A program made the position numbers and the translations under genes. DNA of 57,911 nt from IMG/VR virus record IMGVR_UViG_3300027777_000041, positions 1 through 57,911 of that record; one strand, 5' to 3'. The notes below the pieces were generated by a model that saw only the letters and a list, made by a program, of their open reading frames with translations, was not told where the DNA came from and searched no databases. Origin of the DNA: a virus (lineage: Duplodnaviria; Caudoviricetes). Below are positions 33,121 through 43,118 of the stretch, piece by piece (the stretch's first letter is position 1; each line of letters opens with the position of its first letter).

Positions 33121-33845
33121 TGGCCCGTTTCCTGCATGTTCCTATAACGCCAATACCAGATAGCCCCTGCTAAAATTCCAATTGAAAGAAGGATTAAGAA
33201 ATTTGGACCATGTACAATAGAAGTAAAAACATCAATAATATCAGATGCATCTTTAACTTGGGCAGAAGCTTCTTTAGCAGCACCCATGACCGCCAATCCG
33301 CCAGTGATAAATGCAGCATTGCCCTGCTTGCTGTCCGCCATCGTCTTTGCGGGCGGGAGAGCATCGGGTTTTGAGCTAGATTCTTGATGGTTTAACTGGG
33401 CAGTCTCATCCACCCCCCGCCACAATGCAGCTTCAGCACGGCGGCGGCGAACAAGGCCGGGGAGTTCCTGCCCTGCGGCCCGTGTCCATTTCATAAATTG
33501 GGCTGGAACCGCATCAAATTTACTGTCATTAACAAGCTTGAGAAGCGTAGATGAGCGAAGATTTCCAATTCCACAATTGTAGGCAAAGGACACAAGCGCG
33601 TCAAATTGGTGTTGCTTAAGGTCAACCTTAACAAGCTCATCAACGCCCTTTTCAAAAACCAACAAATCAACCCGAAGAAAATCGTCAGCCTGCCACTTGG
33701 TTATAATCAGCCCACGCGAAACCCCCTTGGTGTGCCCATATCCAATGGTCCACGGAGCCCCGCCCGTGCCGGGATCTGGATAAGCCTCAAGGCGGCAACC
33801 CTCAAATTGCTTGATGAGATCAATCGCCGCATTGCTTACTATCAT
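33117..33845 (-). CDS. Endolysin (GH24 lysozyme) with C-terminal hydrophobic segments
   Basis: FEGCRLEAYPD....WTIGYGHT; QFDALVSFAYNCG; LPGLVRRRRAE. Confidence 0.92.
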   Translation of the reverse strand: MIVSNAAIDLIKQFEGCRLEAYPDPGTGGAPWTIGYGHTKGVSRGLIITKWQADDFLRVDLLVFEKGVDELVKVDLKQHQFDALVSFAYNCGIGNLRSSTLLKLVNDSKFDAVPAQFMKWTRAAGQELPGLVRRRRAEAALWRGVDETAQLNHQESSSKPDALPPAKTMADSKQGNAAFITGGLAVMGAAKEASAQVKDASDIIDVFTSIVHGPNFLILLSIGILAGAIWYWRYRNMQETGQ

Positions 33846-33855
33846 AATATTTTCC

Positions 33856-34101
33856 TCATCTGTCGGCTTTACGTTGCTCTAGGCTGCTTATCTTTTCAAA
33901 GATTTGTCGGCATATTTCTTTAATTTCTTTAAAATCTTCCCCATATTCTGTTTTGCTAACATATGTTTTTGGTAGGTCTACCTCCAAAGCATGAAGGTCT
34001 ATCTGCAATTTTTGGACCGAATCCCAAATTTGGCGCGCAAACCAGCCAATACCCGCAACAACCAGACCGGCAGCAAGGTTGAACAACATTTGCGGGTCCA
34101 T
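33856..34101 (-). CDS. Holin-like protein
   Basis: N-terminal TM plus coiled coil, directly upstream of the endolysin. Confidence 0.55.
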   Translation of the reverse strand: MDPQMLFNLAAGLVVAGIGWFARQIWDSVQKLQIDLHALEVDLPKTYVSKTEYGEDFKEIKEICRQIFEKISSLEQRKADR

Positions 34102-34111
34102 TATAACCTAC

Positions 34112-35191
34112 CTAAACACTAGCAATCTTGTCTTGAATATACACTACATTGCCAGAAAGACGAAGATCGTCAGGGGCTATTTCTGATGCTTTTTTTGCTT
34201 GTTCTAAGGAAACATTCAAAAGGCCAAGATGGTAGGCGGATATACTTGCCAAATCATGAGCTTTATATCCCCAAACCTCTGGATCACACGTATAAACCTT
34301 ATCCCTATCCGTAATCTTTAATGTTTTCATAGAGTAAGCAAAACACTCTTCCCAACGGGATTGATAATACATAAGCATAGCAAGTTCGCACCAAGGCTCC
34401 CTTGTGTTGGGGGCTTCCGATGCGGCCATTTGAAAAGCCTTTTCAGCCTCCCAAGGCTGCCCAATTTCATTATAGCATCGGCCCATAACCCGGTAGGCAT
34501 AGCACCGCTCATTTTGCCATGTAGCGCGAGGAAGTTTTAGGTAGTTGTTACAAGCTGCGATAGCTTCCTCCCATCGGGAATGAAAGCTGAGTTCGCGAGC
34601 GTAGTAAAAAGCATTGCGGGGACATTGGGGATCTTCCTTTACGGAAAGCTCCAAAAGATCCATGTATTGTCCCCGGCTTTTGGTCGGGTCTGGTTTGTGG
34701 ACTGCAAGCAACATGTCGGTTTGCGCCCAGACTTCCGTAATGCGTCCATCAGGCACAGGATATTCGTGGCAGGGATGGTGCCAGAAATATCCGTTACGGG
34801 CGTGGATTTTTTCGTAGTAGAACGCAATTCCGCAGCCCCAGTCAAACATATAACGGAGGCGGGTGGTCTCCCCTTTGATCCAGACACGTTCTATTTCCTC
34901 CCTCCATCCCGGCTGAAGAACTTCGTCAATATCCAAGCTGATACAGACATCCATGTCCGGCGGAACAAGTGCCAAAGCAGCATTGCGCGCCAAGTCAAAT
35001 CGCCAAGGGCTAATGCTAATGCTATGCACAGTTGCTCCGCAACGTGCAGCTTCTTCTGGAAGACCATCTGTAGACCCCGTATCTGCGATTAATATCAGAT
35101 CAGCTTCTTTAGCCGAATTACAAAACCGTTTTATGAAATGTGCTTCATTTTTACTGATAGCATAGACGCAAATCTTCAATTTGTTTTTCAC
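34112..35191 (-). CDS. Glycosyltransferase family 2 with TPR repeats
   Basis: ICVYAISKNE; DTGSTD; FDLARNAAL; LDIDE; C-terminal TPR-like helices. Confidence 0.9.
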   Translation of the reverse strand: MKNKLKICVYAISKNEAHFIKRFCNSAKEADLILIADTGSTDGLPEEAARCGATVHSISISPWRFDLARNAALALVPPDMDVCISLDIDEVLQPGWREEIERVWIKGETTRLRYMFDWGCGIAFYYEKIHARNGYFWHHPCHEYPVPDGRITEVWAQTDMLLAVHKPDPTKSRGQYMDLLELSVKEDPQCPRNAFYYARELSFHSRWEEAIAACNNYLKLPRATWQNERCYAYRVMGRCYNEIGQPWEAEKAFQMAASEAPNTREPWCELAMLMYYQSRWEECFAYSMKTLKITDRDKVYTCDPEVWGYKAHDLASISAYHLGLLNVSLEQAKKASEIAPDDLRLSGNVVYIQDKIASV

Positions 35192-35215
35192 TGCTTATCC
35201 CCCTTGATAGCAGAA

Positions 35216-36658
35216 TCAGATAACCGTCCACGTACTTCCAGATGGAACCGTAACAGTGACGCCTGAATTTATCGTAACTGGTCCAAATGTACCAGCATTA
35301 TAGCTAGTTGTTATTGTATAATCGGCACTGATGGTTTGTTGATTTTCATAGAAAATACGGTCAGGAGACCCACCAGTGGGGTAAATGGATCCAGTCGGCC
35401 CAGTGGGGCCTGTGCCACTTGGACCAGTAGGCCCAGTCGGACCAGCAACACTGGACGCCGCTCCAGTCGGGCCAGTAGGGCCAGTGGGGCCGGTTGCCCC
35501 GACATTGCCAGCGGCCGAAATATTCCATGAAGTGTATGTACCTGAGCCGCCCGTAGCATCCGAAGTGATGGTAAGGGAAGTCCCGCTAAATGCAGTGATA
35601 ATGCCTTCAACGTAATTGGTTGGGGTTACTGTGTAGGCAATGCGAACACGTTGGCCCACCGCAAAAGCCGTTGCGGTGCTTGCTAGGTTAGTTGTAAACG
35701 TCAACGAACCTACACTGACCAGTGTTGATGTGCTGCTAGTTAACCCCGCATAACCAATTCCGGTGGGTCCTGTCGGCCCCGTAGCGCCCGCCGTACCAGC
35801 TGTTCCCGTAGGCCCAGTCGGCCCCGCGCTTCCTGCTGAACCCGCTGTCCCCGTAGGGCCTGTCGGGCCTGCAACCGTGGATGCTGCGCCCGTAGGGCCA
35901 GTTGGACCGGTAGGGCCAGCTACAGTGGAGGCAGCCCCGGTCGGACCAGTTGGGCCAGCTACAGTGGACGCTGCGCCAGTTGGGCCGGTAGGGCCGGTAG
36001 CACCCTGCGTTCCCGCTGAACCTGTAGGACCTGTAGGACCGGCCACGGTGGAATCTGCACCAGTGGGGCCTGTAGGGCCGGTCGCGCCTTGCACTCCCGT
36101 AGGACCGGTTGGCCCCGACACGCCCGTAGGACCGATGGTCCCCTGCGGGCCGGTAGCGCCAGTAGCGCCGGTAGGCCCAGCAATGCCTTGCAAACCCTGC
36201 TGACCAGTGGGGCCAGTCGGTCCGGGGATAGTTGATGTTGGGCCAGTAGACCCGGTAGGCCCCGTAGACCCCAATGGGCCTTGCGGCCCAGTAGGTCCAG
36301 TAGGACCAGCAACTGTTGAATTTGGGCCGGTCGGGCCAGTGCTTCCAGTGGGTCCAGTAGGCCCTGCAACCGTTGAATCTCCACCGGTTGGGCCGGTCGG
36401 GCCGGTAGCGCCCGTAGAGCCTGTAGGTCCAGCTATTGTGGATGCAGCACCCGTAGGCCCTGTGCTTCCAGTAGGCCCTGTGTTTCCTGCGGGGCCTGTT
36501 GGGCCAAACCCACCAGAAGGACCAGTCGGACCCGGTACTAACCCTGCAATTGCGCCTGTTGTGGTGCGTTTTGAAGTTCCGGCTTGCACAACTTCCAGCT
36601 GTTCCGCCCCGCTAAGGGAGGTTGCCGCTGGAAGGTTTGGAATTTGTGCATTTGCCAC
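35216..36658 (-). CDS. Collagen-like fibre protein (GPT/GxT repeats)
   Basis: Long G-x-T triplet region with periodic STVA interruptions. Confidence 0.9.
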   Translation of the reverse strand: MANAQIPNLPAATSLSGAEQLEVVQAGTSKRTTTGAIAGLVPGPTGPSGGFGPTGPAGNTGPTGSTGPTGAASTIAGPTGSTGATGPTGPTGGDSTVAGPTGPTGSTGPTGPNSTVAGPTGPTGPQGPLGSTGPTGSTGPTSTIPGPTGPTGQQGLQGIAGPTGATGATGPQGTIGPTGVSGPTGPTGVQGATGPTGPTGADSTVAGPTGPTGSAGTQGATGPTGPTGAASTVAGPTGPTGAASTVAGPTGPTGPTGAASTVAGPTGPTGTAGSAGSAGPTGPTGTAGTAGATGPTGPTGIGYAGLTSSTSTLVSVGSLTFTTNLASTATAFAVGQRVRIAYTVTPTNYVEGIITAFSGTSLTITSDATGGSGTYTSWNISAAGNVGATGPTGPTGPTGAASSVAGPTGPTGPSGTGPTGPTGSIYPTGGSPDRIFYENQQTISADYTITTSYNAGTFGPVTINSGVTVTVPSGSTWTVI

Positions 36659-36662
36659 TGCA

Positions 36663-36938
36663 TTACACCGAAGTTATGGTCTGCCAAGCAGAACCTGTGT
36701 AAACACATAACTTGCCAAGAGTTGTATCAAAAACGATGCGCCCAGACCCGGCGCTAAGAGCGTTTTTTTGCGCCGTAGTAACATTCTGCGCTACTGTCAA
36801 CGTAGCAAGATTGGCAATTTGCTGCGTAGTGCATCGAACAGAAGTTCCAGCCTGAACAATTTCAACTTGCTCAGTCCCCGAAAGCGATATAGCTGCCCCT
36901 AGATTGGGTATCTGTATATTACTAGCGTATCTAGGCAT
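36663..36938 (-). CDS. Small virion protein sharing its N-terminal domain with the collagen fibre
   Basis: [25 protein letters not shown] versus [25 protein letters not shown]. Confidence 0.75.
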   Translation of the reverse strand: MPRYASNIQIPNLGAAISLSGTEQVEIVQAGTSVRCTTQQIANLATLTVAQNVTTAQKNALSAGSGRIVFDTTLGKLCVYTGSAWQTITSV

Positions 36939-37669
36939 CAGAGGGGTCCTGTCTTGGGCACTTCATCGAAGCCGTAGGGCAAGCTTGGATCATTAATAAC
37001 ATACCCACCAGTGGTATATACCCCCGAATATACAGAATCATTAAGGTCAAACTGGGTCGCATTCACCACAGTAATGACCCACCTTCCGTTGGCGGGGACG
37101 CCATTAACATCGCCGATTATAACACGTTGGTTGGTAATAAATCCAGAAGTAACCGTAACAGTGATTCGGATCAAACCGGAGCCATTATCAGCAACGGTAA
37201 TGATATTGCGGTAAGTAACTGCATTAGGATCGGTGCCCGGCTTCTGGTTGGTTCCGCCGGGAGCTTCACCAGTTTGCTGGGTAACACGGGTCTTATCAGG
37301 CACCGTACCATCAACAGTGGTAACACGGGTGTCACCTTGTTGGATCGGGATACCCGTTGCCGGATCTTTTGCGTTATACCCAGATACCTGACGACGATCA
37401 ATCTCATCCCAAGCATAAGGCTCAACACGGGGGTTCACAATCGGCACAGGATCAGCCGGTATAATAATAGCGCGAAGTTGTTCTTGAGGGGTATCGTAAC
37501 ACGTATCACAAACCAAAATACGCTTGTTAATCAGGGATGCACCAGCCCAATCAAATTGCCATTTAAGATCAACATGATTGTACCATAGGGAACACCTATC
37601 ACAGATACCAAAAGCTCTGGGATTTCTAGCATCTGTTTTTGCGCGGCCCGATTTGGAAGCGTATCCCAT
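36938..37669 (-). CDS. Conserved late protein with CxxC pairs
   Basis: AFGICDRC...LVCDTCYDTPQEQL. Confidence 0.75.
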   Translation of the reverse strand: MGYASKSGRAKTDARNPRAFGICDRCSLWYNHVDLKWQFDWAGASLINKRILVCDTCYDTPQEQLRAIIIPADPVPIVNPRVEPYAWDEIDRRQVSGYNAKDPATGIPIQQGDTRVTTVDGTVPDKTRVTQQTGEAPGGTNQKPGTDPNAVTYRNIITVADNGSGLIRITVTVTSGFITNQRVIIGDVNGVPANGRWVITVVNATQFDLNDSVYSGVYTTGGYVINDPSLPYGFDEVPKTGPL

Positions 37670-37678
37670 AGCTCCCCC

Positions 37679-38371
37679 TTATCGGAAATATCCAGAAATC
37701 ATAGGTGAGATATACTGCTGCGCCGTTTCCACGTTTTGGTCGGCTGCAATCTGATACGATTCATCTGCCATCGGCTTAATAGTCTGAGCCATTGCAGGAG
37801 ACCATATTTGAGCAAGCCGATAAGCAAGTCCATAAGCAAACGCCTCTAGCCATAAGTATGGGACATCTACAGTTGTCCCATTGGACAAGGCTGAATCTTG
37901 TATTTGCACAACACGGTAATACTTTAGATATTGCGGCCCATTGTCAGTATTTGGCACAGGCCAAATTGTAACAGTAGGCTGTAACAAACGGTCAAACCAA
38001 AACACTGTTGGGAAGCCCTGCTGTTCCTTATTAGGATAGCTGGCATATTCCGTGCGGCTGATTGGAAGAATAATTCTGTCGATGTTCGCGCCGGATGCGT
38101 CACTGGTTAGGTAGGCATCCAAAATAACCACAGTGTTTGCTTGTACGCTGTAGCTACTTTGGCCTGTTACCAGAGGCACGGTCACAAGATCGACATTCCA
38201 AAGGTTAACCCCTTGGTTAGACCACCGGGCACACAGCATATTAGCTGCCATGCGGGCGCTCTCAAGATGCTCTTGCAAAATGGCAGTATTGCGAACACCG
38301 CACAGATTAAAAGCATATAGAGTCAACTCACCAAGGGATGGGTTGAAGTTGAAAGTCCCGGTGGTTGCCAT
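37679..38371 (-). CDS. Head-tail adaptor protein
   Basis: WSNQGVNLW...ISRTEYA.YPNK..QG.P...WPVP...GLAYRLA. Confidence 0.7.
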   Translation of the reverse strand: MATTGTFNFNPSLGELTLYAFNLCGVRNTAILQEHLESARMAANMLCARWSNQGVNLWNVDLVTVPLVTGQSSYSVQANTVVILDAYLTSDASGANIDRIILPISRTEYASYPNKEQQGFPTVFWFDRLLQPTVTIWPVPNTDNGPQYLKYYRVVQIQDSALSNGTTVDVPYLWLEAFAYGLAYRLAQIWSPAMAQTIKPMADESYQIAADQNVETAQQYISPMISGYFR

Positions 38372-38382
38372 GTCAGACTACC

Positions 38383-39183
38383 TTACAGTGAGCCGTCGTT
38401 CTTAATAAGAACACCACCAATGTTGATGCTGACAACCGCCGCAGTTGCGGCACTTGAGGCAATCTGCCAACGCAAATCAGTCTTCTCGGCATAGGGCAAC
38501 GGAAAATGCCGCATAACCTCATAAACAGTGTTAAATGGGGTCTGTACAATGATCTTTTGAACACCCGCAGAAGAATTGGTTATGGCCCGATAGGTTGTAT
38601 AGTTAGCAGTATTCCCATTGAACGAAGAATAAGCGCCATACCTTTGTCCATAAAACGTGTAGCCAGCCGGAACAGTAAACACAGCCATTTGTGTCTGCCC
38701 GATGCTAGACGTTGTTGCATTGTAAACGGCAGTGTTGATCTGGGCGTAAATGGTTCCGCTATTGGAAAGAGTAATAACGCCAACAGGGTTTGTCGCGCTA
38801 CCGCTAGAGACAGCCATGTTGTTGATGCGGAAATACTGGTTAACCGTAGGGACGTTGGTAGTGCCGTTCAACGCAAGCGTTTCAGAGATAACTGCATAGT
38901 TAGCATCAAGGCCCGTAATAGTGATGGAAGCGGTGTCACCGGCAGAAGCACTGACAAGTTGCATAGTCAATGCAGAACTAGGAAACACATATTCTGTGCT
39001 GCCCATGTTTTCCCAAACAGTGCGGAACAAGCCAGCAGTTGCGGCAGTCGTTCCGTTGGCAAATATATTCCGTTCAGCATGAAAACTAATCTGGTCGCGG
39101 GCAACTTGAAGCTCAAATGGTTCAAATGTGCCAACGCGGGTAATAGACTGACTGACAGCGCCGGTAGATGTAAAAGCGGCCAT
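38383..39183 (-). CDS. Virion structural protein
   Basis: EPFELQVAR...GLDANY...FTVPAGYT. Confidence 0.7.
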   Translation of the reverse strand: MAAFTSTGAVSQSITRVGTFEPFELQVARDQISFHAERNIFANGTTAATAGLFRTVWENMGSTEYVFPSSALTMQLVSASAGDTASITITGLDANYAVISETLALNGTTNVPTVNQYFRINNMAVSSGSATNPVGVITLSNSGTIYAQINTAVYNATTSSIGQTQMAVFTVPAGYTFYGQRYGAYSSFNGNTANYTTYRAITNSSAGVQKIIVQTPFNTVYEVMRHFPLPYAEKTDLRWQIASSAATAAVVSINIGGVLIKNDGSL

Positions 39184-39185
39184 TT

Positions 39186-39662
39186 TTAGCTCCTTTTGCC
39201 AGCCCTAGCGGCGGCGGCAGTTTCATGGTACGAACCTCTTTCTTTAAGGTAGGCAGATGCCTTTTCTAAAAGAAGTTGGCTGTCACGGGCCATCCCAAGC
39301 ATTGTATTGCAAGACAAGCAAAGGATACCCCTAAATTCTCCAGTTTCGTGATTATGATCAATTGCATAACCCCGACGCCTGTTATTATACACCAAAAGAT
39401 CGGGAAGCACTTCTTCGCAAATAGCGCATCCGCCATTTTGTTTTTCAAGAGAATCGTTAAGCTGTTTAATTGTTAAAGAATATTTATATTTTAGGTGCTG
39501 CTCAAGACGCTTTTTAGGAGTTCTGCTATCCCACCTATTTTTTTGACGGTCCTTAGTGCATTCAATGCAAAGGCTTTGCCCTTTCCAAAAATTACCTTCA
39601 ATAGGTTTATTGGATTGGCAGCCATTGCAGTGTTTGAGGGAAGGCATAGTTACTACATTCAT
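39186..39662 (-). CDS. Endonuclease VII-family (free-standing homing-type) nuclease
   Basis: CNGC...CIEC...KYKY..T...QNGGCAIC...IDHNHETG.FRGILCLSCN.MLG. Confidence 0.88.
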   Translation of the reverse strand: MNVVTMPSLKHCNGCQSNKPIEGNFWKGQSLCIECTKDRQKNRWDSRTPKKRLEQHLKYKYSLTIKQLNDSLEKQNGGCAICEEVLPDLLVYNNRRRGYAIDHNHETGEFRGILCLSCNTMLGMARDSQLLLEKASAYLKERGSYHETAAAARAGKRS

Positions 39663-39823
39663 TTAGGCTTCCCCGCCCGTGCTGCCGCAATATTGTCAAC
39701 AGCGTTTGGATAGGGACGCCCTGCGGCGCGAGCCCTAGCCTTAGCAGACTGAATTTGCTTGCGATCAAGATGCTTTTTTTGAGCATCCTTAGGGGCTTCT
39801 TTTTCCCAAAACGGCTTGTCCAT
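39659..39823 (-). CDS. 54-aa basic protein (not in ORF track)
   Basis: MDKPFWEKEAPKDAQKKHLDRKQIQSAKARARAAGRPYPNAVDNIAAARAGKPK*. Confidence 0.75.
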   Translation of the reverse strand: MDKPFWEKEAPKDAQKKHLDRKQIQSAKARARAAGRPYPNAVDNIAAARAGKPK

Positions 39824-39824
39824 T

Positions 39825-40064
39825 TTAGCAATCCCACTTTCGCAGTGATTTATTAATACGGCTGTCAGGATCGGCTGCCTTGGCAGAACCAGTCAACTTC
39901 CGTTTCATGCCGGTCATTCTAGCACAGAAGCTATCCTTTCGGGAACCACCTTCTGGCTGGGGGCGTTTAATATCATGGCCTTCTGCCTTCAAGGAAGCGC
40001 GGCCTTTGTCATTTAGGCCACCAGAGGCAGACTTGCCTTCTTTTCTAGTCCAAGCACCAGACAT
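39825..40064 (-). CDS. Small basic conserved phage protein (DUF6321-like)
   Basis: AWTRKEGK...GGLN.KGRAS...SFCARM.GM...RINKSLRKWDC. Confidence 0.75.
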   Translation of the reverse strand: MSGAWTRKEGKSASGGLNDKGRASLKAEGHDIKRPQPEGGSRKDSFCARMTGMKRKLTGSAKAADPDSRINKSLRKWDC

Positions 40065-40077
40065 CTATGTCTCCTAG

Positions 40078-40101
40078 AAAAACGGGGGCACTAGGCCCCC
40101 G
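40078..40101 (-). terminator. Rho-independent terminator after the capsid genes
   Basis: Minus strand CGGGGGC-ctagt-GCCCCCG-TTTTT. Confidence 0.75.
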
Positions 40102-40130
40102 CTAACTACTGACCAGAACTTTCGTCCTAT

Positions 40131-40433
40131 TTACTCTACAATGCTACCCGAAACATCGCGACCGGGGGCAGGAGAGCCCTTGGCGGCAGACGAAAGCGGG
40201 CTCATGTTAGAACCAGTGCGGCCACCGGACTTGCGGGGCTTGCGGCCCGCATGGTGCATGGCGGACTCGCCGTCAACCTTGCCCATCGTCTTGCCACCAC
40301 GCTTGCGAGCTTCGGCTTCACCGAAAATCTTAGGCGCAATGTTGCGGCGCTCCGGCTTATCGGCAAGATCCTTCGCGGCGTCATTGACACCCTTCATGGA
40401 CCCACCGTCCTTACGCATTTTACGACTCTTCAT
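40131..40433 (-). CDS. Basic protein with RKxGG repeats
   Basis: RKDGG, RKRGG, RKSGG. Confidence 0.75.
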   Translation of the reverse strand: MKSRKMRKDGGSMKGVNDAAKDLADKPERRNIAPKIFGEAEARKRGGKTMGKVDGESAMHHAGRKPRKSGGRTGSNMSPLSSAAKGSPAPGRDVSGSIVE

Positions 40434-40444
40434 AAGAGCCTCCT

Positions 40445-41587
40445 TTAGGCTTGCGTTACGCCGAACAGACCGGCAATAGAACCGACGTTCGTCACAGGGG
40501 AGTTTTGGTAGAAGAACAGACGCTTGGTCTTGTCCGCAACCGACTGAACCGCATAAGTACCGCGAACGTCACCAGTCGTTGTGGTGGCGGGCGAAGTAGT
40601 CACCGCAGCGGTGTATCCGGTCGAAGCCGTAATGCCCGTGGCATTGTAGTTAAGAACCACATCACCAAAGAAATCAGAGCGGATCGGGAAGCCAAATGTG
40701 TCAAGCGTACCAACGGAGTAGTTGATGGCGTCAGTCGCATTCGGGACAACCGAAGCGATGTACTTGAACGCCTTCTTGCCGCTGACGGTGGTGCTGGCAG
40801 CCACAGGGCCGATCAGTTCAGACATCGGGACGCCATAAATGTCGTAGCCCGAAACCAAGAAGCTAACCGAACCAGAAGCCGAAGCCGCGCCCGTGACACT
40901 AACTGCGCGGGCACAAAGCGCCTGCGGGTTCCACATTTCAATAGTGCCAGCTTGACCCATCGGAAGACGAAGGGAGGCATTGCCATTGGTGGAGCTAGAA
41001 GTCACGCCCGTGATGGTGGTGGACGAAACAGTCGTTGAACCAACAACCGAATACGTTCCAGCGCCACCAGTGGGGCCAGTCAACTGGGCAGTGATCGTCG
41101 TGCCAGCGGTAACGCCCGTGCCGGAAATGGTCATTCCGACAATGATAGTTCCAGTCACGCTGGAAGCAGTCAGAACGCCGGAAGCCACAACGCCCGTGAA
41201 GGACGCAAGACCATCAAGCATCAGAAGACCACTAACCAGAAGACCGGTGTTGTAGTTAATCGTATATTGACTAACTGCCACACCAGTGGTGGTGGAATTG
41301 GACGAAACCAAGGTCATCGCAGTGCCAGACACCACGTTCGCAGCAGCCGCAATGGCGGAAGTGCTGAGAGCGTAGGGCTGATAGTTCAACGTCTGGATGT
41401 TGGACGAACCCAAAAATCCAGCCGTGCAAGCACCAAAATCCTGACCGGGCTGATAGGTGAAGGGAGCGCGGGGATCAAGAATCCCCGTGCCGTTGAAGAA
41501 GAGAGACGTGCCCGCCTCTGGGTTGTAGTCAGGAAACTGACCTTGCCCAAAAGAAACTACGGGGCCGGAGAATGCGCTAACAGACAT
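40445..41587 (-). CDS. Capsid-associated structural protein
   Basis: MSVSAFSGPV N-terminus directly after the capsid gene; T/S/G-rich. Confidence 0.7.
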   Translation of the reverse strand: MSVSAFSGPVVSFGQGQFPDYNPEAGTSLFFNGTGILDPRAPFTYQPGQDFGACTAGFLGSSNIQTLNYQPYALSTSAIAAAANVVSGTAMTLVSSNSTTTGVAVSQYTINYNTGLLVSGLLMLDGLASFTGVVASGVLTASSVTGTIIVGMTISGTGVTAGTTITAQLTGPTGGAGTYSVVGSTTVSSTTITGVTSSSTNGNASLRLPMGQAGTIEMWNPQALCARAVSVTGAASASGSVSFLVSGYDIYGVPMSELIGPVAASTTVSGKKAFKYIASVVPNATDAINYSVGTLDTFGFPIRSDFFGDVVLNYNATGITASTGYTAAVTTSPATTTTGDVRGTYAVQSVADKTKRLFFYQNSPVTNVGSIAGLFGVTQA

Positions 41588-41602
41588 CTACAGTCTCCGT
41601 TC

Positions 41603-42517
41603 TTAAGAGGTGGGGAAGGAGCCGAAGATGGAACGCCAGTTATAGTAACCGAAGCTGTAACGCTCGTAACCCTTGACAAGAAGATTGTCAGTGACAAAAT
41701 CGACTTGCATATCGGATTCAAACTTCACGCGCTCCATGTACGACAGGCCGTCGATGTTGGTCAGCAAGAACCAAGCATAGGCAGAGGTCAAGAAGTCGTT
41801 GACCATGTAGCCTTCGGGAAGGCCACCAGCCGTCATCATAATGGCATTGACGTCATTGTCCGCAGTACCCGGACGGAGTTCCGTCTTGGTGAGTCGGATA
41901 GCAACCGGCTCAAGCTGCGGGGGAACAATGAGCTTGCGGCCACGGGCGAACACCTTCAGGCCAGCCTGATCCTTGAAGTTCGTGCGGATCGCAATCATCG
42001 CGTTCAGCAGGGTAGCTTCGTTCAGATCAACCTGAGTGGAGGGCGTATTGGCAACCGTACCACCGTCAATTGGATGCGAAGCGGAGCAAAGAGCCACACC
42101 GTCACCACCGATAGAAGCGTTATAGGTCGTCGCCGTGTTCAGCAAGTTAGCGCCATAGATTTCCTTCGTTTGCTGGAAGGACTCAATGAGGCCAAGGTTC
42201 GACGGAGCAAACTGGGTCTTGTACAGGTTGTCGTCAATCGCCTTGCGGGTAATCGCATACCCAAGGGCAATTTCCGTGTGCTCCTGATTGTAGACGTAGC
42301 GTTCGCCAGCGCCGTTATCAAAGGCAGTCTGACCGCCTTCAGTCTTAAGCTGGGCCAAGCCAAGGAAACGCATCTCAGCGGTGCGCTCCAGAGCCATCTT
42401 TGACTCATGCTTGGTGAAGATCTTGTCGTACTGCGACGGGATCTGCTCATACTTACCTTCAACGCCCCGGAGACCGGGAAGGAGAAGGTCTTTGATAGCC
42501 GAAAGATTAACAGCCAT
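41603..42517 (-). CDS. Major capsid protein (HK97 fold)
   Basis: LLLPGL; H.EIALGYAITRKAIDDNLY; GGDGVALCSASHP; LIVPPQL; DFVTDN...ERYSFG. Confidence 0.9.
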   Translation of the reverse strand: MAVNLSAIKDLLLPGLRGVEGKYEQIPSQYDKIFTKHESKMALERTAEMRFLGLAQLKTEGGQTAFDNGAGERYVYNQEHTEIALGYAITRKAIDDNLYKTQFAPSNLGLIESFQQTKEIYGANLLNTATTYNASIGGDGVALCSASHPIDGGTVANTPSTQVDLNEATLLNAMIAIRTNFKDQAGLKVFARGRKLIVPPQLEPVAIRLTKTELRPGTADNDVNAIMMTAGGLPEGYMVNDFLTSAYAWFLLTNIDGLSYMERVKFESDMQVDFVTDNLLVKGYERYSFGYYNWRSIFGSFPTS

Positions 42518-42530
42518 TGGTCCTTACTCC

Positions 42531-43118
42531 TTAAATGCCGGTAAGCTGCTTGGTGGAGACGTTGTTGAACGCAACGACAACCCAATCATAAGCCTGCCCG
42601 TTGCTGTTGGTGCCCTGCGACCCCGGAGGGAAGTCGATCAGGCTGATAACGCGGAAGGGAAGCGTGTTAGTGGTGTTAATGGTGGACGTATCAAGATACG
42701 CACCAGAAATACCGCTTGCGGTGTTGCCCGTGCCGATGGCAAAGCCAATGTTGGCATTGATGTCGGTGGTGGCCACGCCGGTCGCGTCGGACTGAGCAAC
42801 CCACTTGGCATTCGGGTCATTGACAATGTAGCCAGTCACGGTGTTGCCGGAAGCAACGTCCGAACCGGGCCAATAGTTCGACCAAACGGTGCGCTTCTGG
42901 GCAACCGACAAATACTGGCAACCAACGAAGATACCAGCAACCTGAACGGAGTTAGAAGAAGCCTGCACAACGTAGCCGTTGGAATCGGGGGCAACGGGGT
43001 CGCCGAAGAAGATATTGGTAGCATTATAGACAATACGAACGGCAATCTGCTCATAGGTCGGGGCAGAACCAGTGCCGCTGAATTGACGGAAACCAAAAGG
43101 CGCGTTTGTATTCGCCAT
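42531..43118 (-). CDS. Capsid decoration/cement protein
   Basis: MANTNAPFGFR...IFFGDPV...GIFVGC.Y; lies directly upstream of the capsid gene. Confidence 0.75.
   Translation of the reverse strand: MANTNAPFGFRQFSGTGSAPTYEQIAVRIVYNATNIFFGDPVAPDSNGYVVQASSNSVQVAGIFVGCQYLSVAQKRTVWSNYWPGSDVASGNTVTGYIVNDPNAKWVAQSDATGVATTDINANIGFAIGTGNTASGISGAYLDTSTINTTNTLPFRVISLIDFPPGSQGTNSNGQAYDWVVVAFNNVSTKQLTGI

Noticed and set aside
35311-36710. Plus-strand GPV-repeat ORFs
   Set aside because: Antisense shadows of the collagen gene
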